Assembly: GCA_049515895.1 (NCBI GenBank)
Contig: JBEKTQ010000013.1
Location: 22,604-86,603 of the forward strand
From: Candidatus Bathyarchaeia archaeon
GTDB taxonomy: Archaea > Thermoproteota > Bathyarchaeia > Bathyarchaeales > Bathycorpusculaceae
Direction of reading: 5' to 3'
Length of the DNA stretch: 64,000 bases
Below, one piece after another: positions 1 through 10,184 of this stretch. The notes under the pieces were generated by a model, which was not told where the DNA came from, did not search any database, and worked only from the letters and a program-made list of their open reading frames with translations. A program made the translations under genes and the position numbers. Numbering within the stretch: the stretch's first letter is position 1; each line of letters starts with the position of its first letter.

Positions 1-870
1 TGCTTTGCCAATATAGTCGGCTGTAGCCTTGAGTTTCTGGGTTTTACCCGCAAACTTTTTGACGTCATGATGCAAGTAAAGGTTCAAAAGTACTTTTTCG
101 GTTTCAGCGTTTCCAGCTCGTTCACCGATGCCTAAGTAGGTCGTGCTTACATAGATTTTTTCCCATACCCCTGAAGCTGCCTTAACCGCCGCCATGGTGT
201 TTTCAACCGCGTTTCCGAAGTCGTCGTGGGCGTGGATTTCTATAGCATCGATTCGGGTTTCCTTTTTGATAGCGACTACTTTGGCTGGAACGCCGTTAGG
301 CAGAGGCGCTGAGGGATCTGATAACCCAATGCCGACAGTGTCGCATATTCGGTAGCATTCGGCTCCTGCTTCAGCGACGGCGTTGATCAATTTTTTCTCG
401 AAATCCCAGTCTGCCCTTGTGCTGTCTTCGCCGTGAACGAACGTGCGCAGCCCGCAAGTTTTAGCCGCGTACTCAACAACGTTGACTATGTGGGCCAGAA
501 TTTGTTCTCTGGTTTTTTCAGGCCACTTAGCTCTAAAATGCAAGTCTGAAACAGGGTGGGAGATGCCCACTTCTCTGAATCCGCATGCAACTGCACTGTC
601 AATGTCTTCTTTTAGAGCTCTGCACCAGCCAGCGACGCGCAGGTTGAGGTTTAAGTCTGAGATGAGTTTTACAGCTTTCTTGTCCGGCTCTTGGTAGTGG
701 AAGAGCTCGATACGTTCGACGCCAACATCGGCCAGAAACTGGGCTATTTTTGCGGAGTCTCTGGGTCCGGCTGCTAAGCCAGGCATTTGGATTCCGTCTC
801 GGAGCGTTGTGTCGTCTATTATGGGCTCCGTTTTTAGAGGCATCTTGAAATAGTAATCTTGTAAATCCAT
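1..870 (-). CDS. LeuA/homocitrate/citramalate synthase family (DRE-TIM) enzyme, runs off the left edge
   Basis: Absent from the ORF track. Manual translation from ATG at 870 gives MDLQDYYFKMPLKTEPIIDDTTLRDGIQMPG..., with DTTLRDG, EDSTRAD, ICDTVG, HAHDDFGNAVEN and GIGERAGNA motifs. Confidence 0.9.
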   Translation of the reverse strand, partial: MDLQDYYFKMPLKTEPIIDDTTLRDGIQMPGLAAGPRDSAKIAQFLADVGVERIELFHYQEPDKKAVKLISDLNLNLRVAGWCRALKEDIDSAVACGFREVGISHPVSDLHFRAKWPEKTREQILAHIVNVVEYAAKTCGLRTFVHGEDSTRADWDFEKKLINAVAEAGAECYRICDTVGIGLSDPSAPLPNGVPAKVVAIKKETRIDAIEIHAHDDFGNAVENTMAAVKAASGVWEKIYVSTTYLGIGERAGNAETEKVLLNLYLHHDVKKFAGKTQKLKATADYIGKA

Positions 871-1058
871 GTTTTTCACTAACTTTGTTTTGTTTACGCT
901 TCTCCCACAAGAGTTGTGTAATGATAATTATACGTTTACATGCTGTTGATAAACATTTCTGCAACTATTTTGCATATTTGTTCAAGAAAATATGCGACAT
1001 ATAATCAAAATGTATTGTCTAAAGTAAAGAAAAACTTTACATATAAATATTGCAGAAA

Positions 1059-1373
1059 TCATTTTGCTCTCGAATAAAGCCCCTTAAGGGTGCCTGAAAC
1101 GGATAGAACCTGCATCGACGCTTCCTTCTCCAAGATGACTGTAATCGTTGCTAGAGACGCCCTCACCATGTTCAGGGAAGCAAGTGAAACCCGAATAACC
1201 GCTACCCTCCGTTCCGCATCAAACTTAATCAGAGCTAAGCCTGTTTGGCTTGCGCCGACTTCGCCATAAAGCCGTGTCACTGCAGCCCAAACCGCATCGA
1301 CAAATTCGCGTTCAGTCGGCAACGCTTCTCGTTGCACCTGCACCGCCAAGTACCTTCGCTTAATCCGTTTCAT
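1059..1373 (-). CDS. rnp2: RNase P protein component 2 (Pop5/Rpp14)
   Basis: KRRYL N-terminus and VSGTLK C-terminal motif; lies next to Rpp30 and eL15. Confidence 0.88.
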   Translation of the reverse strand: MKRIKRRYLAVQVQREALPTEREFVDAVWAAVTRLYGEVGASQTGLALIKFDAERRVAVIRVSLASLNMVRASLATITVILEKEASMQVLSVSGTLKGLYSRAK

Positions 1374-2101
1374 GCCTTACCCTCCTTTATGACGCTGATA
1401 CCGGGTGCAACAAAGCGGCTGCCAAGTTTCTTACGGTTACGAGTAACGATTGCCGTAGGATTGGTTGAAACCGCGTCAAGGGCGAAGGCTTCATCCAAAT
1501 CTAACAGGTAAGCTAAACTAGCCAAGTCCTTGGGCGAACGCATAAACCGTTCCTCGCCGACGCCACTGGAAAGTATCAATGGCACACCAAACTCCCGCGC
1601 TACGCCGACTTCCCGACGCAGGCTCATAAGCAGCCGAACCCGTGGTGGGCCTTCTAAAATTAGGAGAGGCTTTACATCAACTTCCAAAGCGGCCAAGCAT
1701 CCGCTTGCCAACTCGGCTTCGGCGCGGTCAAAGAAGCGTTTACGGTAGTCAAGGCTGCTGAAATTTAGGAGGTCAACTCGCCTGTCCTTTGCTGCCTGCC
1801 GGGCGACTTCTTTGTTGTCGCATAAAATGCAGATAACTTCAAATTGGCGCCTGAATCTGCGCAGGAAATGCGTCAACTCCATTTCAGACCGCGGGTAAAA
1901 ATCAGCGCGTGAAACTAAATCAACGCTTGAATCGCGGCACATTGCCTTGAGCTTGGCATATTCCTCTTCGTTTAGTCTCGACGTGGATGCAAAGGCTATC
2001 TGAGTGTACCCGAGGCTTGCAGCTCTGATTATTACCCTTTGGGTCGCCTTTTGATCTTTAAGGTTGGCGCGTAAATGCAAGTCTGCGAAGCATCGTGTCA
2101 C
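1370..2101 (-). CDS. rnp3: RNase P protein component 3 (Rpp30)
   Basis: FADLHL start, RVDLL, and LILSSG...MRSPKDL motifs. The GTG at 2101 overlaps the upstream stop (the ORF track starts at 2125). Confidence 0.88.
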   Translation of the reverse strand: MTRCFADLHLRANLKDQKATQRVIIRAASLGYTQIAFASTSRLNEEEYAKLKAMCRDSSVDLVSRADFYPRSEMELTHFLRRFRRQFEVICILCDNKEVARQAAKDRRVDLLNFSSLDYRKRFFDRAEAELASGCLAALEVDVKPLLILEGPPRVRLLMSLRREVGVAREFGVPLILSSGVGEERFMRSPKDLASLAYLLDLDEAFALDAVSTNPTAIVTRNRKKLGSRFVAPGISVIKEGKA

Positions 2102-2544
2102 GGCAATATCCTCGAAGACTTGCATAATTCAGCTATTTGCTCAGAAGATTTGTTCTTGAAATGAATCTTGACGTGAATCGGGTCGTTTTGCGTAAACTTG
2201 AGTTGCCCCAAAAACGCGGATTGTTTGTCGAAACGAAGATACAGGTTGCCTCTTTCCAAATGCAACCCTAAATCAGTGTATAATTGTTCTTTATCCAAGG
2301 AGCTTAAGCCGGCCCCGATTTTTTCCAGCATCTTAGGAAGCAGCTTCTTGTCTGTCATCCTGGCTGTTAAAAGGGTTATGGGGTTCCCATGGTGCCCCGT
2401 TAAATTGATTGCTTCAAAAAGAATGGTTTGAGCCAGCTCGTCCGGCAATAAATTTCGTACCGCTGTCTGAACTTTCTGGGGGTCTTCCGTTGCGTGCGTG
2501 AATACTCGAATATCCAGATATTCTATCGGCGGTTTAGAAGACAT
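2098..2544 (-). CDS. Predicted RNA-binding protein (DUF54/exosome-associated family)
   Basis: HATEDPQKV, GHHGNPI and LYLRFDKQSA motifs; typical neighbourhood of eL15 and RNase P genes. Confidence 0.85.
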   Translation of the reverse strand: MSSKPPIEYLDIRVFTHATEDPQKVQTAVRNLLPDELAQTILFEAINLTGHHGNPITLLTARMTDKKLLPKMLEKIGAGLSSLDKEQLYTDLGLHLERGNLYLRFDKQSAFLGQLKFTQNDPIHVKIHFKNKSSEQIAELCKSSRILP

Positions 2545-2570
2545 TGGACACCGGTTGTGTTTTCGGGCTT

Positions 2571-2846
2571 CTAGCTTTTAGCTTTTTTCTTCGGCTTCTT
2601 TGCAGTGGGCTGCGTTTCGGTTTTTGGTGTTTTAGGTTTCGCTTCGGCTTTTGCTTTTTCAGCGTGCAGTTTTAGGGTTTCAACGTTTTCGTCATGTGCT
2701 GATTTGCGTTTAAGGTCAAGCGGTATTCCTATTTTCTTGGCGTCTTGTTTGGTTAAACATGCTTTGTGCAGTTCGCTGAGACTGAATCCTCTGCTTGCGC
2801 TTTTTTTGCCGTTGCGTTTTGTTATGGTCGCTATGATTTGATGCAT
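2571..2846 (-). CDS. rpl13e: Ribosomal protein eL13-like (short archaeal form)
   Basis: RGFSLSEL...A..IGIPLDLKRKSAHDENVETL resembles the eL13 core; basic tail. Confidence 0.75.
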   Translation of the reverse strand: MHQIIATITKRNGKKSASRGFSLSELHKACLTKQDAKKIGIPLDLKRKSAHDENVETLKLHAEKAKAEAKPKTPKTETQPTAKKPKKKAKS

Positions 2847-2850
2847 CTTT

Positions 2851-3444
2851 TTACCACCTTTGTACGTCTTTGTGTCTGGCGCCTCTCTGGTGGCTTGGTC
2901 GTGCTTTCTCTGCCCCTCTTCCGCGGTGCCTTAAGCCTCTGACGTTTTTGCCAGCGCTTGTTAAGCTTCTGTAGACTCTTCCATTGTGCTGTTTCTCCGT
3001 TATCCAGTTGATGTCTTTGTCAGATTTTATTACCGGACTGCTTGGGTCAAGCAGGATTACTTCGAACCATTTGTGTTTTCCGTCTTCACCAACCCAGTAG
3101 CTGTTTAGGACTTCCAAATTGGGAAACTTTTTTGCCGTGCGTTCTTCAGCTATGAGCCTGATGCTTTTGCCTGCTTTGAATTTGGCGACACCCATGCGTT
3201 TGGGTCGCCTACCTGAGCGTGGACGCAATTTTCGCAATCCACCTCTTCGCACTCTCGTGCGTGCTAAAACGAAGCCTTGTTTGGCTTTGTAGCCTAGTTT
3301 GCGAGCTTTATCAAGCCTTGTCGGGTGTTCGATGCGTAGGGTAACTGGTTGCTTGCGCCATTGCACCATGCGTTGTCTGTTGAGCTCTTTGACAAAAGAG
3401 TCTTCCCGGTCTGCCCATTCCTGAGCTATGTACTTGTATGCCAT
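2851..3444 (-). CDS. rpl15e: 50S ribosomal protein eL15
   Basis: [23 protein letters not shown] and [10 protein letters not shown]...FEVIL motifs. Confidence 0.97.
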   Translation of the reverse strand: MAYKYIAQEWADREDSFVKELNRQRMVQWRKQPVTLRIEHPTRLDKARKLGYKAKQGFVLARTRVRRGGLRKLRPRSGRRPKRMGVAKFKAGKSIRLIAEERTAKKFPNLEVLNSYWVGEDGKHKWFEVILLDPSSPVIKSDKDINWITEKQHNGRVYRSLTSAGKNVRGLRHRGRGAEKARPSHQRGARHKDVQRW

Positions 3445-3758
3445 TTTTCATTTTTCCTCCATGTTGTTTATGCTTACGGTTCAGTCCACAAGGGACCACA
3501 TCCCAACGGATAATGATTATCCGCCAGCAAGTTCCCAACAATAAAGGATGCAACAAAATAAACCTTTCCAGCCAAACGGCAGGGATAACTGAGATTCTTG
3601 TGAATTGGCGGGTTTTCTGCAGGTTCCTTAAGAGAATTTAATTTAAGAGAGAGAATTATTATTTTTCGATTAAGGTTTTAAGTTGCACCCTCTTGTTTTT
3701 CTCAAGTTTTTCTCTTTTTTCCTGTTGAGCCTGAGTTGACCTGGTGGAAAAATCAGAG

Positions 3759-3791
3759 AATTTGTTGTTTGCGTTTTGGGTTGCTTTTTTG
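3759..3791. repeat. 33-bp dispersed repeat, copy 1
   Basis: aatttgttgtttgcgttttgggttgcttttttg; 32/33 identical to 59412-59444. Confidence 0.8.
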
Positions 3792-3921
3792 GTTTGGGGT
3801 TTGACAAGGTATTCGTTTATTTTTGGTTTAAATTTATTTGCGGTTATACATTTTTCGAAAGCGAGTTACATCATAGGAACGCTCAACAGCAAATCTTAAA
3901 GGGATTCAGAAACAAGAGACT

Positions 3922-4878
3922 TTGGTGAAAAAGAGTTTGTTCCATTCTGCGGTAGAGGCATCTCAAAAATCATGGTTTTTCTTCGAACCCTTTACTTTAA
4001 CTTCAACTTACAAGAATTTTCAAAAACAATTCATAACTGCATATTCCAAATACGACTACACAGTGGAACGCTACAGAAAGCTAACTGGACGGAGCATATA
4101 CCCCATTACAACAGAGTATCTGGAAGAGCACCCTGAAGTAGCTGAAGAAAATGTTGCACTATTAAAAAACGCCATTGAACTATGGAGAAGCGCAGCTCAA
4201 ACAACCGACGCAATCGCTCCAATATTGTTTCACTATTCTTGGCACTGCTTCAACTCCTTTTTTGCGTATACTTTTTTCAGATGGGAACCTCAACATAGCA
4301 ACTCTCATGGTCTCTGCGTTCAAAATTTTACGGACAACATAGCAGAAATAAAAATTAACGTCTTAAAAGACGGTCTTTTTCATCGATTAGTGGACGCATG
4401 GACGTGTATTGGAACATCGTCTGCTTTCTCGGCATATTTACCTTTTTTTGATGGAAACAACATTGAATTTACGCCTAACCAACTTTACCTTTTCCAGAAG
4501 TCAAATTGCCTCACGCTTAGCCAATTGCTAAACTTTAATCCAGTTGAGGATTACGAGAACAAATATTGGAAAACCTACGGCAGAGAAAAACTATTGCAAA
4601 ACACTTCTTTGAGTAATTCAATGAATGCTCCTACACGAATTTTGGAGAACTATTTGACCTTGTTTATTGCATCCTCTATTTCGAGATATCGTCCAATTCT
4701 TTGGTCGTCAATCCTGTTGGGAAATACTGATGACAAAGCGGCTTTCTCAATGGCTTATCGAGATTCCTTAATGATGTACGCGTATTTTGACGTCGACTCT
4801 TTGAGCTTTCTAAATCAGCTAAGTAGTCTAATGAAAGATTTGCTGAAAGGAAAATTCGAGCTTAAAAAATTGCCTTGA
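3922..4878 (+). CDS. YaaC-like protein
   Basis: 318-aa ORF with PILFHYS..., SHGL and C-terminal LFIASSISRYRPILW, resembling the YaaC family. Confidence 0.55.
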   Translation: MVKKSLFHSAVEASQKSWFFFEPFTLTSTYKNFQKQFITAYSKYDYTVERYRKLTGRSIYPITTEYLEEHPEVAEENVALLKNAIELWRSAAQTTDAIAPILFHYSWHCFNSFFAYTFFRWEPQHSNSHGLCVQNFTDNIAEIKINVLKDGLFHRLVDAWTCIGTSSAFSAYLPFFDGNNIEFTPNQLYLFQKSNCLTLSQLLNFNPVEDYENKYWKTYGREKLLQNTSLSNSMNAPTRILENYLTLFIASSISRYRPILWSSILLGNTDDKAAFSMAYRDSLMMYAYFDVDSLSFLNQLSSLMKDLLKGKFELKKLP

Positions 4879-5630
4879 ATGCCCTATGTGTGGTCCGAAA
4901 GCTTGAGTAAATCAGTTTTTGTCTTGTGGTCTTATCTTTTTTCTTATTTTAGAATAAAATCATCTGTCCTTGGTAGGTAAATGTCCTTTGCAATGCCGGA
5001 TGAGGTAATAAGCAGTGAACATTGGCTGAGGCTTGAACTGACCAAGAATAAGCAAAAAAGCCTGAAGCTCTTTGAGTCCAGTGCACTATTGGAGTTGGAT
5101 CTTTGAGGGTGGCAGAAATGATTGTGCTACTGTGTCCTTGTACCTTCACGTTCGAGATTGTGGTGCTTCCTAAGTAGTAGTTCACGTTGTCTGTGTTTAT
5201 GTTAGTGATTCTTGCAGACAGCTTTAGGTTCAAGGTCAAGTCTTTGTTTCCTGTATTTGTTATGTTAAGGTAGCCGTATCCAAAGTTTAGCGTAGAGTTT
5301 CCTGTGCTAAATGTGATGAGTGAAGGAGTAGTTGGGGTTGATTCCTGAGAAGTAACCTCTTTTATGCTTATGTTGTTAAGTGCATGTGTCACCGGAAGCG
5401 TGTTGACATCAAGATACAGCATTACCGAAAAAGCAATGATGATGACAAGGATAGCTGTGACTGCATACTTGTATTGTCTCTTTGTTGACTTTTGCGGTAG
5501 AGTGGAGTCTGAGTTATGAGGCACTTAGGGTCACTTTGCTTTTAGATTGTTCTTCTTGGACTTTTTAATCTATCTTTTAGAACAATGAAAAGGTCTCAGC
5601 GCTACTTCCGCTTGAGTGCCCTATGTGTGG
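4874..5630. repeat. 20-bp direct repeats at 4874-4893 and 5611-5630
   Basis: cttgaatgccctatgtgtgg versus cttgagtgccctatgtgtgg (one mismatch), bracketing one gene. Confidence 0.8.
4949..5524 (-). CDS. Hypothetical membrane-anchored protein
   Basis: N-terminal hydrophobic helix followed by a Ser/Thr/Asn-rich beta-type domain. Confidence 0.7.
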   Translation of the reverse strand: MPHNSDSTLPQKSTKRQYKYAVTAILVIIIAFSVMLYLDVNTLPVTHALNNISIKEVTSQESTPTTPSLITFSTGNSTLNFGYGYLNITNTGNKDLTLNLKLSARITNINTDNVNYYLGSTTISNVKVQGHSSTIISATLKDPTPIVHWTQRASGFFAYSWSVQASANVHCLLPHPALQRTFTYQGQMILF

Positions 5631-5692
5631 AAGAAAACCTTAAAACTCTTGAAGAATTGTTCCATGCTTGCAATCAAGCAAAACGGTTTTGG

Positions 5693-7042
5693 TCAGGTTT
5701 TTTGGGCTATTGAAATTTTTTGTAAGTTTGTTTTGGGTTTCTTTCCTGCCACAACAAGGAAAACCAATATAATTATCAAAACTGTTACTGCAGCGATCCT
5801 TATTACTATGATTATAGTTTGTATCTGTTCCCAAAACGTAACCGATGGCAACGGCAATGACGTGACAATTGGCTTGAGAGCCAAACAAGCGCCCGGTCCA
5901 ATATTATCTGGGGAAAGGGTTGTTACGTAACCTGCGCCAACGTAAACTGTTCCCTTTTCAACTGTACATGTCTCACCTGTATATGCAAGTGAGTAGCTCC
6001 AAAGCTCCCTACCCTTGAAGGCTTCAATGGCGTAAAGATTGTGCACGGTGGAAGAAGCAAAAAACTCGGGTCCACTCCATCCCACGTAAACTATTCCGTT
6101 CGCGTACGTTGGGTCAGTGCCGGCGCTGGCTATGAATTTCCACATCAATGCCCCATTAACTGCGTTAAAGCAGTAAACGCCAGTGGAAGAGCCCACAAAA
6201 AGATAGTGGTTAACAACCGAGACAGAACCCAAGCTCGACCCCACTGAACGATGCCAGATTATGCTTCCGTCTGAGCCACGAAAGGCATAGAGGCTGCCAC
6301 CGCTAGAGCTAACATAAAGATTCTGGGCGTCAGCCGCAAAAGAACTAATCTGACCTGCCATTGAACTATTCCATAATTGTTCGCCAGTCAAAGCGTCAAA
6401 TGCGTAAATGAAGCTGTTCGTATAACTAGGACCGTAGGTATGTACATAGATATTTCCGCCTGCCACAAGCAGATTGTCAGAGAAACTAGGACCCGCAGCA
6501 CCTATGTAACCCCATATTTTCGTTCCAGTGGAACTGTTAAGCGCCAAAACAAATCCACCGCTGAAGCCGCTTATAGGATTGATTTGGCTACCGTCGACAT
6601 AGACGGTACCTCCAACTACAACGGGAATGCCGAAACTTATTCCGTAAGTATAATTCCACATTTGAGCTCCGTCGGAGTCGCTTAAGCAGGCGATAGCCCC
6701 TCCTTCGCCAGCGTAGACATATCCGTTTGCCGCTGTGAAGGATGAATATCCATTCAGAATGGTTTGACTCCACACCTGTTCTCCCGTGGAACCTTTAAGG
6801 CAGTAAAGAGTTCCGGGAGGAGGTCCATCTCCATTAGCGGAAAAATAAACAAAGCCGTCCACCGCTATGGGGGTACTTATCGTTCCTTGGTAGCTTACAG
6901 GCGGCGTGAAGCTCCAGAGTTGAGATACCAATAAGCTGTTCCAGACTGGAGAAATTGTTGGAGTGGCAGGCTCAAGTATTACAAGACCAATGATGAATGT
7001 TAGAGCAAGCGCTGCAGCCAGCTTCTTCGACACGATGTCCAT
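5693..7042 (-). CDS. PQQ-like beta-propeller surface protein
   Basis: Signal-like N-terminus, repeated (Y/L)ALxxxTGxxxW blades, C-terminal TM helix with basic tail. Confidence 0.85.
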   Translation of the reverse strand: MDIVSKKLAAALALTFIIGLVILEPATPTISPVWNSLLVSQLWSFTPPVSYQGTISTPIAVDGFVYFSANGDGPPPGTLYCLKGSTGEQVWSQTILNGYSSFTAANGYVYAGEGGAIACLSDSDGAQMWNYTYGISFGIPVVVGGTVYVDGSQINPISGFSGGFVLALNSSTGTKIWGYIGAAGPSFSDNLLVAGGNIYVHTYGPSYTNSFIYAFDALTGEQLWNSSMAGQISSFAADAQNLYVSSSGGSLYAFRGSDGSIIWHRSVGSSLGSVSVVNHYLFVGSSTGVYCFNAVNGALMWKFIASAGTDPTYANGIVYVGWSGPEFFASSTVHNLYAIEAFKGRELWSYSLAYTGETCTVEKGTVYVGAGYVTTLSPDNIGPGACLALKPIVTSLPLPSVTFWEQIQTIIIVIRIAAVTVLIIILVFLVVAGKKPKTNLQKISIAQKT

Positions 7043-7674
7043 ATTTTGTCATTGATAAGGCTTCGAAGATAAAGAGTTTGGTAAAATTCTCTTGACGAGG
7101 GTTAGTCAAGGTTTCTTGACTAAGAATTGGTCTATTTCTAGCATTTTTTGAAAAACAAAGTGCCATTATTACATGATGTGGATGAGTTTTTTGAAGAGAG
7201 CTACAAGATGCGAAAGATTAATGACATTAGCGAAGAACCCTTCTTCTATGTCTTTGTAAAGTTTGTTGAAAGCATTAATTATGATACTGGAAAGATTAAA
7301 CTAAATTGGAGAGCAGGCGTGAACTTACAATAAGCCTTTTCCAGCTATAGCCGTTGAATATAGACCCGCTCTAATTTAAACCAAAATCATAAAGAAAAGC
7401 TTGTTAAATTGGGGTTTGGATTGGTGCAACTGTCATCTAGAAACATCTAAAAATCTCTAAAAAGGTTAATGAGGGAATGATTGAACATGCTGCTAACCCC
7501 TATCTTTTAGATTTATCTGAACGGTCTAAACACCCATTACTTCCACTTGCAGGTTGCGGATTCCTTTCTCAATCAAAAGCAGGCTTAGCCTGCGGATAGC
7601 GCACCTTAGGGGGTAGAAGAGCATGCCTTTCACTTTAGAATCTGGCAATATTCAACTGTGTTCGCAAGCGACAT

Positions 7675-8625
7675 TTAAGCACCGGAGCTTAACCACCCTC
7701 TCTGCTTGAAAATCAGCGTAAGGGTCACTGCCACCGTAACCATTATCGCAATCATAATGTAGAACCCACTCGGACTTGCGGGATCTGGGATTAGGCCTTG
7801 CTTGAAGTTTGTCCCGTAGATTCCAGCAATCAAAGTCAGCGGTAGAAAAATGGCTGAGATTATCGTGAGAACCCTGATTATATTGTTAGTGGTTATGTTT
7901 TGAACGTTAACCAAGATGTCACGGATGTTGCTCATTTCTTCCCTGTGGGCATCGACAACCTCCACCAATTGGATGGTTCTGTCGTAGAGATCAGCGAAAC
8001 GCGGAAGGTTCACTCCTTGCACCAGCGCAAATTCCCCTCTTGTTATTCTTCCCATAATCTCACGAAGGGGACTCAAACTCTGTCTAAGAGCCACCAGTCT
8101 TTCTCTTACCTGAATGGTTTGCAACCCAATACTGCTTCCGGCTATCCTTGACCTTTGTCTGAATAATCCCAAGGCTTCCCGGCTTAATGTTTCAATCCTT
8201 TCGAAAACCAGGTCTGAAACCGGATAATATTCGCTCGTAACCAAATCCAGGAAAATATATAGCATGATATCAGTTGAGGGCACTAGAGAGAGCGAGAAAT
8301 AGCCGTGAGTGTCTATTTTTTTGTAAACAGCGCAAGTCAGATCTGAGTAGCCCTTATGCACTGTTATTAGCCATCTTGTACAAACAAGCATCGCCAAGCG
8401 TTCCATTTTCCCCTCAGAAACAAAACTTTCTCGATTTGGGAAATTAAGAAGGCAGAACATCCGATCTTCGTGCTCGTCGATTCTTGAGCGCACCCCTTCA
8501 TCTGTAAGTTCTTGAAGGTTGTGTTTATCTATGCTAAAATAGTCCTCTAGTTCTTTAATTTCGGACTCAGTTGGGTCTTGGGCGTCTACCCATAGGACCT
8601 CAGTTTTGTTAACTTCTTCAGGCAA
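7675..8625 (-). CDS. corA: CorA family Mg2+/Co2+ transporter
   Basis: WVDAQDPT N-terminus, LTIISAIFLPLTLIAGIYGTNF (GxN signature variant), two C-terminal TM helices. Confidence 0.92.
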   Translation of the reverse strand: MPEEVNKTEVLWVDAQDPTESEIKELEDYFSIDKHNLQELTDEGVRSRIDEHEDRMFCLLNFPNRESFVSEGKMERLAMLVCTRWLITVHKGYSDLTCAVYKKIDTHGYFSLSLVPSTDIMLYIFLDLVTSEYYPVSDLVFERIETLSREALGLFRQRSRIAGSSIGLQTIQVRERLVALRQSLSPLREIMGRITRGEFALVQGVNLPRFADLYDRTIQLVEVVDAHREEMSNIRDILVNVQNITTNNIIRVLTIISAIFLPLTLIAGIYGTNFKQGLIPDPASPSGFYIMIAIMVTVAVTLTLIFKQRGWLSSGA

Positions 8626-8923
8626 AGCCTCTAAATTATCCGATTGCCACCTGCCTTCTTCGTGTTGCTTAAGTAAAGTTATTGTTAGCAGCCGCTATCC
8701 TCCAAGTAAGCTAATAATAATCCTCCTTTGTAAACCTAGCCGTCTTTTGTGGATGCAGCCGTTGTTAATCTGAATCCCATCTCGCTGGATACACCAAAGA
8801 CCATTTCCCTTTTTCGTTGGCGCAGTACGTATTTCATGTTCTGATATATTGTAGCCATGAGAATTGAAGTTATATCGGGGTTAAAGACTTAATTTTAGCA
8901 AAACAGTTTCAGCTCTCAAGAGC

Positions 8924-9169
8924 GTGACGCAAGATTTGGCGGGCCTCTCCAAAAACCAAAAAAGAATCTTGGAATTGCTAAACATAAAACCTGACATGAC
9001 AACCAAGGAAATTGCAGAGATGATTTTTGGCAAAATTGTAGAGTATAAATCACAAGAATATGTTTCAGTCCACCGCAGCCTAATTTCATTGGAAAAACAA
9101 GGTTACATCAAGAGAGTACAGATTCAACTTCGATGGCGATGTGCAAACCAAGAAGAGCTTGCACGATGA
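8924..9169 (+). CDS. Small winged-helix DNA-binding protein
   Basis: LSKNQKRILELL...MTTKEIAE...SVHRSLISLEKQGYI pattern. Confidence 0.75.
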   Translation: MTQDLAGLSKNQKRILELLNIKPDMTTKEIAEMIFGKIVEYKSQEYVSVHRSLISLEKQGYIKRVQIQLRWRCANQEELAR

Positions 9170-9222
9170 CTATTTTACCAAAGTCACGGCAGAGTGGAAA
9201 TGTCAAGCCGCAAGATATTATT

Positions 9223-9474
9223 CTACTCTTTCTTGTCCAAGGTAAAATGCGAGTAAACTATTCGTTTAATAGCTCTTTCAGGCAGAAATATGGTTGTGTC
9301 TTCTATTTCAGAAGAGCCAGTTTCCCCCATACTTTTTGAAATAATTTCGTCTGGGTCAAATTTCACAAAGGAGCCAACAATCTCAATGTTTTTTGTTATG
9401 TACTTCACGCCATCTAGTTCAGGTGTGGTTTGAATCTGATACCAATTAGCTTTCCATTTTCTCTCCTTAGACAA
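9223..9474 (-). CDS. Hypothetical protein
   Basis: 83-aa ORF with a GGTGA ribosome-binding site upstream; no recognisable motif. Confidence 0.55.
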   Translation of the reverse strand: MSKERKWKANWYQIQTTPELDGVKYITKNIEIVGSFVKFDPDEIISKSMGETGSSEIEDTTIFLPERAIKRIVYSHFTLDKKE

Positions 9475-9616
9475 AAGGATTCACCTGATAAGTTATCAGG
9501 CATCAGAAATTATAAGCTTGCGCTTGGTCAAATCACCGATCAGCATACTTATTAAAAATCCATGGACTGATTCCAAAAAGCCTTGAAGCCCATCCGGAAA
9601 TCTTAATGAGGATGAA

Positions 9617-9919
9617 CTATTGACCAAGATTGACGGTGTCAACTCTGTAATGTTCCACGTCAGGCTGCCTTTCAAGGAAAGCCATAACCTTCTCAACAGC
9701 CGAAGAGAATATTTCTTTAGAACCTACAAATGACTCATCATCTTCCCACATTGTTAGGAATGTGGCAACGTTGTCTTGCTCACATGAAAACATTGAAACA
9801 AAACCTCTAAATCCTTTTGCGTTTCGTGTTTGTTTATTTAGTATAAGGTCTAACTCTGAAAAGCCTTCTTCGCGTTTCTCGTTCTTGAAGTAGAACTTTG
9901 ATAATCTGGCTACAACCAT
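9617..9919 (-). CDS. Antibiotic-biosynthesis-monooxygenase-like dimeric alpha/beta-barrel protein
   Basis: GFRG...TMWEDDES pattern; about 100 aa. Confidence 0.7.
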   Translation of the reverse strand: MVVARLSKFYFKNEKREEGFSELDLILNKQTRNAKGFRGFVSMFSCEQDNVATFLTMWEDDESFVGSKEIFSSAVEKVMAFLERQPDVEHYRVDTVNLGQ

Positions 9920-10184
9920 TTGAAAACACCTAATTATTTAATGATTAGCCGCAAACATATATGTTATATTCCAAACTGATTGGTGCTTTTAATTAAAACC
10001 ACGTTTCCCCACTCAGTTTACGCAAAAAAATCCTGTCTTGCTCAAAGTTTGGGCCAAACAATTATTTAATCTATCTATACTTTTTATTGAACCTGCTCTC
10101 GGATTTAGGAACTCCAAGCTTTCCTTTTTTGTTTCTCAGGAAACTGATTGCTTTTAGGAAAGGTAAACAACTCTAAGAATATTA

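Noticed and set aside
443-964. ORF-track entries 443-697 and 599-964
   Set aside because: They overlap the real LeuA-family frame (1-870, minus strand).
7148-7530. Possible gene remnant
   Set aside because: It is a short AT-rich ORF with no recognisable motif, and it cannot be supported without a search.
8630-8860. Mg2+ riboswitch or leader upstream of corA
   Set aside because: I could not match it to the M-box consensus; it shows only short repeated AGCCG words and a weak ORF.
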